Of a DNA stretch of 45,744 nt, positions 32,652 to 39,550 are shown piece after piece. The notes under the pieces are model-generated. The model ran no database searches. It was not told the origin of the DNA and saw nothing but the letters and a program-made list of their open reading frames with translations. Within the stretch, counting starts at the first letter, position 1; every line of letters starts with the position of its first letter. The translations under genes and the position numbers were made by a program. The stretch lies in the IMG/VR virus record IMGVR_UViG_3300017716_002598, positions 1 to 45,744 of that record; one strand, written 5' to 3'. The stretch is from a virus.

Positions 32652-32870
32652 TCAATCCGTAGGGGGTCGGGGCGCACAGGACGCTAGTTCTTGCGCCCAC
32701 GCCGCCGGGGACAGCTTGAGGGCCATTAGGACCGCCCTCGCCGCAGGACCGGACGGCCCGACTGTGGCATAGTTCTGTGCGGTCTTCGGGCTGACCATGA
32801 GCCACCGGCCCGCAGCCTGCTGCGACAGGCCGAGGGGTGCGAGGGCGGCGCGGTATTCAGCGGGGGTCAT
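32652..32870 (-). CDS. XRE-type helix-turn-helix protein B4 (72 aa), last gene of cassette B
   Basis: MTPAEYRAALAPLGLSQQAAGRWLMVSPKTAQNYATVGPSGPAARAVLMAL fits the short XRE HTH pattern. ATG 32870 is ATGA-coupled to the upstream ORF. Confidence 0.6.
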   Translation of the reverse strand: MTPAEYRAALAPLGLSQQAAGRWLMVSPKTAQNYATVGPSGPAARAVLMALKLSPAAWAQELASCAPRPPTD

Positions 32871-33046
32871 TCGGGCAACTCCGAACAAAACACGATTTCC
32901 GCACCGGGCGCATAAATCGCGACAAGATCGCGGGCGGTTTCCTTCATGTCGGACCAGCACTCTCCGTCCACATCAAACTGACGACCATCCTCTAGGGTCA
33001 GCAGCGCCCATTTTGCCGTTTGCCGCTCAAGGTGAACCTCACGCAT
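32867..33046 (-). CDS. Hypothetical small protein B3 (59 aa)
   Basis: ATG 33046 is preferred over 33097, which would give a long overlap. No similarity recognised. Confidence 0.5.
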   Translation of the reverse strand: MREVHLERQTAKWALLTLEDGRQFDVDGECWSDMKETARDLVAIYAPGAEIVFCSELPE

Positions 33047-33275
33047 GAACGTTGCGTCCCGTTTCAACAAAATGCCGAGCGTTGAGCGCCGAAGCATATT
33101 CCTTGCGAAGCTGCGCCAGACGACGCTCCTTGCGGGATTCTTTGTCGTCCGACGCCTTCACGGCTTCCGCTTGCTGCACGATACCGGCCATAACAGCGGT
33201 CCAATCGGTCTTGGCAAGCGCGCGGCGCTGGACCTTTCCCTTAGCAGCGTCCGAAAGGTCAATGTATCGGGCCAT
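33039..33275 (-). CDS. Hypothetical small protein B2 (78 aa)
   Basis: The protein is charged and helical. It is preceded by AGGAAACAGACAG directly before the ATG. No similarity recognised. Confidence 0.6.
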   Translation of the reverse strand: MARYIDLSDAAKGKVQRRALAKTDWTAVMAGIVQQAEAVKASDDKESRKERRLAQLRKEYASALNARHFVETGRNVHA

Positions 33276-33324
33276 CTGTCTGTTTCCTGAAGGATGGAGA
33301 GGCGGGGCCGAAGCCCCTGCCGGG

Positions 33325-33585
33325 TTAGTCAGCCATCGCGCGTTGGTAAGCGTAGGCTTGCGAACCCTCTAGGTCGCGAACGATGCGGGCGAGACCGGGC
33401 ATCGTCGGACCGTCAGAACCGCAAAAGTATGTTTTACCGGCGACAGACCGGAGCATCAAATGAATGTCGGGCGAGGTCGGCGGCCCGGCCCAGTTTGTGC
33501 AATGAATGAGAACGCCGACGCAGGAGCCGTCTTGCATCAGGGCCGATTCTTCGGCGTTCAGGGGGATGGCGTTATAGCTGGTCAT
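33325..33585 (-). CDS. Hypothetical small protein B1 (86 aa)
   Basis: Preceded by the same GGAAACAGACAG 12-mer before the ATG. No similarity recognised. Confidence 0.6.
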   Translation of the reverse strand: MTSYNAIPLNAEESALMQDGSCVGVLIHCTNWAGPPTSPDIHLMLRSVAGKTYFCGSDGPTMPGLARIVRDLEGSQAYAYQRAMAD

Positions 33586-33646
33586 CTGTCTGTTTCCGTC
33601 CGGCTAGTGCTTGATTGCCCTGCGCCGATGAAGTGACCCTAAGCAC

Positions 33647-33689
33647 ATTTTACGCAGGTCGCAATAGGCGGTTGCGTATTATTTACGCA
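33647..33689 (-). promoter_or_regulatory. Candidate promoter of cassette B, with the same box geometry as cassette A
   Basis: Minus strand: TGCGTAAATA (33689..33680), 4 nt, GCAACC, 17 nt, TAAAAT (33652..33647). The inverted repeat TACGCA-N16-TGCGTA lies at 33651-33678. The ATG is 61 nt downstream. Confidence 0.5.
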
Positions 33690-33749
33690 GCGGACAAGCG
33701 GGAGGACAACCTGTCCGCCACTGTCCCCCCGTTTTGTCCCGGCGTCCCG

Positions 33750-34541
33750 CTATTCCAGACCATACGCGACGGCCGCGCAGTCCAGCGCCAGGACCAGGGC
33801 CACCGAAATGCTAGCCTGCACCGAGCCGCTGTTGCTCAACGAGCGCAGATTAGAGCCCTTACCGGCGATCTCTCGCAAGGCCCAGACGGCCCGGCCGGTG
33901 CGCTCGACGGCGGTCCTGCCGTTCGCGCCCTTGAAGGTCCGGTCCTCCTCCTGGATCAGCTTCTCCAAATCTCGGACGAACAGTTCCCGCTCGGTCCGCT
34001 TGGCGGCCCAGCCTTCGCCGCCCCGCGTGATATTCCGCGACTGGTCGATGGCCGGCGGGGTGAGCCCCTTCTCCGGGTCGAGGAGTTCGTAGTCCGTGCG
34101 GAACCGGAGCCCGGCCGCATACTGGTTTGGCGAGAGCGACCGGGTGGTCATCAGGGTCTCAAGCCCGTCGCGCGAGGCAATGCGCTTCCGACCTTCGTGT
34201 TCCTTCCGGTCCGAGGTCTCGATCTGCGAGCCCCGGAGGGCTTCGAGCCCCACGGTCTCGGCTATGTCGTTTGCCACCCGGATCGCCTGCTGGGCCGCCG
34301 CGATCTCCTCCTCGAGGCGGAGCATGGCCTCCCGGCCTTCCCGGCGCTGGCGGAGGTCTGGGGACGCCTCGGCTTGGACCGCCTGACGGAACCGGCGGGC
34401 CTGGCCCTCGGTGAGCGTCTGGCCCGATACGGTCAGGGAGCCGTTGTCGTTGGCAATCCCGGCCCCGTTATCGTTTGCCCCGATCATCCGGGGGGCGGAG
34501 GCGCGGGCCTGGCGCTTCTTGCGTTGGCGGGCGGAGGTCAT
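33750..34541 (-). CDS. Hypothetical protein (263 aa), last gene of the early replication operon
   Basis: Codon bias is good and the gene is ATGA-coupled upstream. LSPNQYAAGLRFRTDYE vaguely recalls DUF6456-type proteins (low certainty). Confidence 0.65.
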   Translation of the reverse strand: MTSARQRKKRQARASAPRMIGANDNGAGIANDNGSLTVSGQTLTEGQARRFRQAVQAEASPDLRQRREGREAMLRLEEEIAAAQQAIRVANDIAETVGLEALRGSQIETSDRKEHEGRKRIASRDGLETLMTTRSLSPNQYAAGLRFRTDYELLDPEKGLTPPAIDQSRNITRGGEGWAAKRTERELFVRDLEKLIQEEDRTFKGANGRTAVERTGRAVWALREIAGKGSNLRSLSNSGSVQASISVALVLALDCAAVAYGLE

Positions 34542-34705
34542 GCGTTCGGCTCCTGGGGGGTGGGGTTGGCGGCTTGGCGGGCCTCGGCCTCAATCGCCCG
34601 TGATACCGCGTCGGCGGCGTCCATCAGGGCAAAGCGGAGGGCCGATCCGATACGGGCGGCGGTGATCCGCCCGACGATCTCAGTCTGGATGGCGTGGAGG
34701 GTCAT
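34538..34705 (-). CDS. Hypothetical small protein (55 aa; below the ORF-track cutoff)
   Basis: Translated by hand: MTLHAIQTEIVGRITAARIGSALRFALMDAADAVSRAIEAEARQAANPTPQEPNA. It has ATGA overlaps at both ends. Confidence 0.55.
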   Translation of the reverse strand: MTLHAIQTEIVGRITAARIGSALRFALMDAADAVSRAIEAEARQAANPTPQEPNA

Positions 34706-35697
34706 GCGGCGCGCTCCTGTTTGGCTTGGGTTCTGTCGTTTGCGGCCGCGACGGCGACGCTGATCCGGCGCTCGGCGAAATACCCGGCCAGTTCGGCCTT
34801 GAGCGTTTCCGCCACGGTCGCGTTGATGGCGAGGATCGTCCGGTCGGCCCCCCGCCAGCGGCAGTAATGGTCAAGCCAGCGCCGGGCGAAGGCGTCGTCC
34901 TTGAGCGCGACGATCCTGGCGCGGAGTTCGGGCGGGCCGTCGAAGGTCGGGGCTGGACCTGTGGAATTCGCAGGGCCAGCCTCGGCCCCCCAGTTGAGGT
35001 GCTTCCCGTCCTTGAGCCACACGGCCATATCGGGCGCACCCTTGCCGCCGCACGTCTCGCCGACGTTGGGGGCGAACCGCCGGATCGCCGCGACCAGGCC
35101 CTCGCGCTCGTCGGCCGGCAGCTTGGCCCAGACCGCCGCCGCGTTCGGCTTGGAGGATCGGCCCTTGTGGTGCGGGTATTCCTTCCACGCCGCCTCGAAG
35201 GCCTCCGGGTAAGACCTCGCCTTCGGGGCTTTCGTCGCTCCCGGCGACAAGGAAGCGTTAGCTTCCAATTCTATCTGGCTTCTAGCTTCTAGTATGGCAT
35301 TGCGGTCGCATCCGTTGTGCATTGCATCCGCATGGTCCGGGTCGTTGTTTTCCTTGGCTTTTGCCCTAGAGTTTTCCCACCGGGCGTTTGCCGCCTCTGT
35401 CGACTTTTCAACGAGTTTCTGACGACTTTCGAGCGATTTAACCGCGCGGGCGTTGGTCAGGAAGCCGTCGATCAGGGTCAGTTTCCCGAGGTCGAGGAGG
35501 GTGTCGAGCGCCTTCTGTGTGGCGGTCGGGCGCATCCGGCAGCGGCGGGACAGGCGGGCCAGATTGAGGGGCCAAGGGCCGCCGCCGTCATAGATCAGGT
35601 TGAGAACGATGGTGTAGACCCAGCCCTCGCCCGGCTCGAGTTCCGAGACGCCGTGCAGGAAGTCGCCCGGGAACCACTTAATCCAAGGGTCTTTCAT
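34702..35697 (-). CDS. DUF1376 (YdaU-like) replication initiation / primosome-organising protein
   Basis: The N-terminus WIKWFPGDFLHGVSELEPGEGWVYTIVLNLIY is typical of DUF1376. The gene is directly downstream of dnaB and overlaps it. Confidence 0.7.
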   Translation of the reverse strand: MKDPWIKWFPGDFLHGVSELEPGEGWVYTIVLNLIYDGGGPWPLNLARLSRRCRMRPTATQKALDTLLDLGKLTLIDGFLTNARAVKSLESRQKLVEKSTEAANARWENSRAKAKENNDPDHADAMHNGCDRNAILEARSQIELEANASLSPGATKAPKARSYPEAFEAAWKEYPHHKGRSSKPNAAAVWAKLPADEREGLVAAIRRFAPNVGETCGGKGAPDMAVWLKDGKHLNWGAEAGPANSTGPAPTFDGPPELRARIVALKDDAFARRWLDHYCRWRGADRTILAINATVAETLKAELAGYFAERRISVAVAAANDRTQAKQERAA

Positions 35698-37187
35698 TCC
35701 CCGCCCCCATAGCTAAAGCGCCCGCCCTGGGCCTCGTAATCGGTCTGGCGGGCGAGGTTCCCGAACCGGGTGGTGTTGTCGTCAAAGGAGAGGCGGACGG
35801 TGCCGATAGGGCCGTGGCGCTGCTTGCCGACGATCACCTCGGCTTGGCCGTGGGCCAGCGTCATGGCCTCGGTCCATTCGAGGTGCGCGGCGCTCCCCGG
35901 CTTGGGCTCAGAGCGGCCGAGATAGTAGCTCTCGCGGTAGACGAACATCACGCAATCCGCGTCCTGTTCGATGCTCCCCGACTCCCGGAGGTCCGAGAGC
36001 ATCGGCCGCTTGTCGTCCCGGCTCTCGACCTGGCGGGAAAGCTGCGAGAGGGCAATGATCGGGATGCCGAGTTCCTTGGCCAGCGCCTTGAGCGCCCCGG
36101 TGATCTCCGAGACCTCCTGCGTCCGGTTGCGCTGGCCCCGGCCGTCGCCGGTCGTGCAGAGTTGGAGATAATCGACAATCAGGAGGTCCAAGCCCTCGCG
36201 GCGGTGCTGCCGGCGGACCCGGGCGCAAAGCTTGGCGATATGGATTCCGCCCGTCTCGTCGATATGGAGCGGGATCGACCGGATCAGGTCCCGGGCCTCC
36301 CGGATCCGGCCGAAGTCCTCGCGGGTGATGTAGCCCTTCCGCATTTTGTCGGAGGAGACCCCCGAGGCGTCCGCGAGGATGCGCTGGGCCAGCTGCTCCT
36401 TGGACATTTCCAGCGAGGAGAACATGACCCGCCCGCCCGCGGTCGTCCGGCGACCGTGGGGCGCGTCCGGGTCGGTCTCGAAGCGATATGCGCGGGCGAC
36501 GTTGAAGCCGATGTTGGTGGCCAGGGCGGTCTTGCCCATCGACGGGCGGCCGGCGAGGATCAGGAGGTCGGACGGGTGGAGGCCCCCGATCTTCTGGTCG
36601 AGGTCGATCAAGTCGGTCGCGAGGCCCGAGAGCTTGCCGTCCCGTTTGAAGGCGGCCTCGATCATTTCCATCGCCCCGTCGACGGCGTCGGAGAAGGCGA
36701 AGACCGCCGAGGCCTGCTCCCCGGACTCCGCGAGGGTGAACAGGGCGTTTTCTGCCGCCGCGACGTGGTCGAGCGCGGGCTTGTCAGGGTCGAGCGCCTC
36801 GGCGCTGATCTGGTCTGCGATCCGAACGAGGTCCCGGCGAGTCGCAAGGTCGATGATTGACCTGGCGCAGTCTATAGCCACTCGGGCGGCCGGGGCCTTG
36901 TCCAGCAGCCCGAACAAATAGGCCGCGCCGCCGAAGTCGGGGAAGGCCGGATCCGTTGCGAAGGTATCCGCCAGCAGGGAAGGCGAGACCGACCGGCCCG
37001 CCGTGACGGCTTCGGTGATCGCGTCAAACAGGCGCTGATGGAATGGCTCAAAGAAGTGGGCGCCGCGCAGCCGGTCGGGAAGGCGCTCCATCAGGCCGGT
37101 GTCGTAGAGGATAGCGCCGAGGAGATCGCACTCGGCGGGGACGTTGGATGGGAGGCCTGGCGCGGCGGCGTCTCGGGGGTCGGTCAT
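35694..37187 (-). CDS. dnaB: Replicative DNA helicase DnaB
   Basis: Walker A is GRPSMGKTALA. The sequences LLIVDYLQL, SQLSRQVESRDDKRPMLSDLRESGSIEQDAD and the N-terminal domain are all DnaB-typical. Confidence 0.95.
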   Translation of the reverse strand: MTDPRDAAAPGLPSNVPAECDLLGAILYDTGLMERLPDRLRGAHFFEPFHQRLFDAITEAVTAGRSVSPSLLADTFATDPAFPDFGGAAYLFGLLDKAPAARVAIDCARSIIDLATRRDLVRIADQISAEALDPDKPALDHVAAAENALFTLAESGEQASAVFAFSDAVDGAMEMIEAAFKRDGKLSGLATDLIDLDQKIGGLHPSDLLILAGRPSMGKTALATNIGFNVARAYRFETDPDAPHGRRTTAGGRVMFSSLEMSKEQLAQRILADASGVSSDKMRKGYITREDFGRIREARDLIRSIPLHIDETGGIHIAKLCARVRRQHRREGLDLLIVDYLQLCTTGDGRGQRNRTQEVSEITGALKALAKELGIPIIALSQLSRQVESRDDKRPMLSDLRESGSIEQDADCVMFVYRESYYLGRSEPKPGSAAHLEWTEAMTLAHGQAEVIVGKQRHGPIGTVRLSFDDNTTRFGNLARQTDYEAQGGRFSYGGGE

Positions 37188-37366
37188 GACTTGTCGCCTT
37201 CAAAGAGAGGCCCGCAGCGGATTGTCTCGGCGCGGTCGAGGGCGGCGTCGGCCCAGCGGTTGAGGCGCTCGGCGGCTGCCGGGTATCGCTTCGCCCGAGC
37301 CTTGGCCTCGCGGCGGAGCGTGGCGGCGTAAAACTGCTCGAAGGAGACCAGGTCGCGGCGGTTCAC
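37184..37366 (-). CDS. Hypothetical small protein (60 aa, GTG start)
   Basis: GTGA overlap upstream and ATGA overlap with dnaB. The long track ORF (to 37708) is Arg-rich and overlaps the neighbouring gene. Confidence 0.5.
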   Translation of the reverse strand: MNRRDLVSFEQFYAATLRREAKARAKRYPAAAERLNRWADAALDRAETIRCGPLFEGDKS

Positions 37367-37728
37367 GTCTCGCCCCCGTCGTTGGCGGCCTTCGTCATCC
37401 GGGCAAAGGCGTGTTCGGCCGCCGCGCTTTTGATGCCGCGGTCCAGCCGGAAGATCGCGCAAACGTCCGCCGCGACCCTGTTGAGCCCGGTTGCGGTCTC
37501 GACCCGCCCCAGGATCGGGTGACGATGCTCGGCGGCGACGTCGATCATGTAGCCCAGAAGGGCGGCCTTCTCGGCCGGGTCGGAGAGGTCGGCCAAGGCA
37601 CCGACGACCAGCCGGCGGGCGGTCATGCGGAGGAAGCTCGCGCGGGCGGCGCGTTCGGCCTTGGCGCGCGGAGCCTCCCGTTTCCGGTCGATTCGCTCGG
37701 CCATCCAATTCTGCTTGCCGTTGGTCAT
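37363..37728 (-). CDS. Hypothetical protein (121 aa)
   Basis: ATGA-coupled, with coding-like composition. Confidence 0.6.
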   Translation of the reverse strand: MTNGKQNWMAERIDRKREAPRAKAERAARASFLRMTARRLVVGALADLSDPAEKAALLGYMIDVAAEHRHPILGRVETATGLNRVAADVCAIFRLDRGIKSAAAEHAFARMTKAANDGGET

Positions 37729-37898
37729 CGCGATGTCCGAAGCCCGAACAGGACCAGCGACCGCTTGGCCTGGATCAGGTGGCGCACCGGCTTGTGGTTC
37801 CGGCGCGCGTCCGCGATCTGGCGCTCTATCGGGCGCAGGGCTCGGCGAAGACGCCAGCGGGCCAGTTCGTAGCGGAGGATTTCGAGGAGGCGGTTCAT
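37725..37898 (-). CDS. Hypothetical small protein (57 aa; alternative start 37910)
   Basis: ATG 37898 gives a TGATG overlap with the upstream stop. Confidence 0.5.
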   Translation of the reverse strand: MNRLLEILRYELARWRLRRALRPIERQIADARRNHKPVRHLIQAKRSLVLFGLRTSR

Positions 37899-38092
37899 CA
37901 GGTCACCCATCCGTCGTTGTCGTTCATGTGGGCCCGGCAGACCCGGGCGAGGGCGGCTTGAGCGGCCGCATGGGCCCCGGACATTCCGGCGACGTCCCGG
38001 ATCGCGCGGAGAGAGCCTTCGATCCTGGCGGTCTCAACGCGGATCACGTCGGCCTTGAGCATGGCCGTGCGGATGTCTTGAGCGATGGTCAC
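37898..38092 (-). CDS. Hypothetical small protein (64 aa)
   Basis: Coupled on both sides. No similarity recognised. Confidence 0.55.
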   Translation of the reverse strand: MTIAQDIRTAMLKADVIRVETARIEGSLRAIRDVAGMSGAHAAAQAALARVCRAHMNDNDGWVT

Positions 38093-38289
38093 GTCCCGCC
38101 CCGATCCAGCCGCTCGGTCACCACTTCCCCATTTGAGCGCCAGACGCGCCAGCGGCCCGGCTTGCAGACCCGGTCGACGCGATGTTCTGCGACCGCGCGC
38201 TGGGCCTTCCTGAGCTCGAGCGCGTCCGGCCCGTAGGCATGACAGAACAGGCAGTCATGGATCATCTCGACCAACTCCCTCCACATCAC
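38089..38289 (-). CDS. Hypothetical small Cys-containing protein (66 aa)
   Basis: CLFCH...C suggests a possible metal site. The gene is ATGA-coupled to the GcrA-like gene. Confidence 0.55.
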   Translation of the reverse strand: MMWRELVEMIHDCLFCHAYGPDALELRKAQRAVAEHRVDRVCKPGRWRVWRSNGEVVTERLDRGGT

Positions 38290-39038
38290 GCGGCCTCCGC
38301 GCGGGCTTCGTCCCAGATCGTCCGCTCGGTTTCCCGGCGGTTCGGCCGGTCCCTTTCGATCCGCTCGCTACGCGTGAAGAAGCTCGCGGCCCCGGTCGAT
38401 TGACCTTTGAAGCGCCGGGCCCCGTCCGTTCCGACCGCGTGATGGCCAGCGCACCAGCCCCGGGCCAGAACCGGGTTGCAGCAGGAGAGCGCGGACATCC
38501 CCTCGCCGATCAGCCAAGTGCATTCACCGAACTTGCGGCCGTCCATCCAAGGGCGGGCGTTCGGGCTTTCAATGCTGGCCAAGGTAACCCGCACCGGCTC
38601 GGGCGCGGCGGCGGGCTTGCCTCTGTCGTTTGCCGGCTGGGGGAGGTTGCCGAACACCAGCGCGGGCTTGTTCCGCGGGGCCCTGATCTTCGGCGGCGCG
38701 GGGAGCCTGGCGGGCTTGGATGCCGGCTTCCGGGCGCTCGCCATCCAGCCCATGCGGTGAGCCTTGCCGATGATCGTGTTTCTGGTCGCCCCGTGGCCAA
38801 GGATGGCCGCGACCTCGGCCGCGCTCTTGCCCTCGTCGATGTAGAGCCTTCGCGCATCCTCCACCCGCGTCGGCGTCCAGAAGGCACCGAGGCGCGCCGG
38901 GAGGCCGAGGCGGATCCGCAGCTTGTCCATCGTCGATTGGCCGATCTTGAACAGGACCAGTATCTCGGCGACGGTCACGCCCTCTTTCCAAAGGGCGGCG
39001 AAGCGGCGCTCCTCGGCGTCGGTAAAATGGACGGTCAT
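38286..39038 (-). CDS. gcrA: GcrA-family cell-cycle regulator homologue with a duplicated N-terminal HTH
   Basis: WTPTRVEDARRLYIDEGKSAAEVAAILGHGATRNTIIGKAHRMGW is the GcrA N-terminal signature. A second, degenerate copy precedes it. The C-terminal CTWLIGEG...CC...WCAGHHAV matches the GcrA C-terminal motif. Confidence 0.8.
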   Translation of the reverse strand: MTVHFTDAEERRFAALWKEGVTVAEILVLFKIGQSTMDKLRIRLGLPARLGAFWTPTRVEDARRLYIDEGKSAAEVAAILGHGATRNTIIGKAHRMGWMASARKPASKPARLPAPPKIRAPRNKPALVFGNLPQPANDRGKPAAAPEPVRVTLASIESPNARPWMDGRKFGECTWLIGEGMSALSCCNPVLARGWCAGHHAVGTDGARRFKGQSTGAASFFTRSERIERDRPNRRETERTIWDEARAEAA

Positions 39039-39040
39039 GG

Positions 39041-39550
39041 TCAGGCGCTCCGTTGAAAGTTGATGGGGTCCCAGCGGCCGGCCTGGGTCGGGTGGCGCAG
39101 GCGCAGGGCGCAGAGCCAGATCCCGAAGGCGTCGGCCTCGTCGGAACATGAGGGGGTGAAACCGTAGCGGCGGGCGGCGGCGAGCATCTGCTCCTTGTCT
39201 GCCCGGCCGGAGCCCGTGAGGGCCTTCTTGACTTGGGAGGTCGCAACCTCGGCGCACTCGATCCCAAGGCGGTGGCAGACCATCTCCGTGACCCCGGCCA
39301 TGCCTTGCAGCTTGCGGGTCGTCGCCATCTGGGTCTGGGCCGGGAGGATGGGAGCCTCAAAGATCAGGAGGCTCGGCTCGATCTCGCGGACCTTCGGCTC
39401 CAGCCAGTCCTGCCATGCACAAAGGAACCGGCCGACGTCGGGGCCGGTCGAGGGCATACGGACGTGGCCGAGCGTCGGAACCTCGCCGGTGTCGGCGGGG
39501 CCGAAGCAGAAGCCGGTCTGGGTTGCGAGATCGAGCGCGAGGGCGGTCAT
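39041..39550 (-). CDS. ruvC: RuvC-like Holliday junction resolvase
   Basis: Sequence features are LALDLATQTGFCFG, LLIFEAP and SDEADAFGIWLCA, which carry the catalytic acidic residues. The start gives a TGATG overlap. Confidence 0.8.
   Translation of the reverse strand: MTALALDLATQTGFCFGPADTGEVPTLGHVRMPSTGPDVGRFLCAWQDWLEPKVREIEPSLLIFEAPILPAQTQMATTRKLQGMAGVTEMVCHRLGIECAEVATSQVKKALTGSGRADKEQMLAAARRYGFTPSCSDEADAFGIWLCALRLRHPTQAGRWDPINFQRSA

Noticed and set aside
32650-32655. A perfect TTGACA on the minus strand at the end of ORF 32652..32870, considered as the -35 of a late promoter.
   Set aside because: It is only 9 nt from the TAACGT hexamer. The hexamers at 16-17 nt (TGCAGA, GCAGAA) are poor -10 elements, so it cannot be called a sigma70 promoter. 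The neighbouring GCGGAGCG-(G)TAA also occurs in the cassette A promoter (2407-2417), and may be a remnant of a related promoter.
32368-32677. Minus-strand ORFs 32368..32634 and 32417..32677 (and plus-strand 32563..32772), considered as hidden genes in the late leader.
   Set aside because: They are Pro/Arg/Gly-rich. They span a clear intrinsic terminator, lack start-site signals and overlap each other. The region is better explained as structured non-coding leader.
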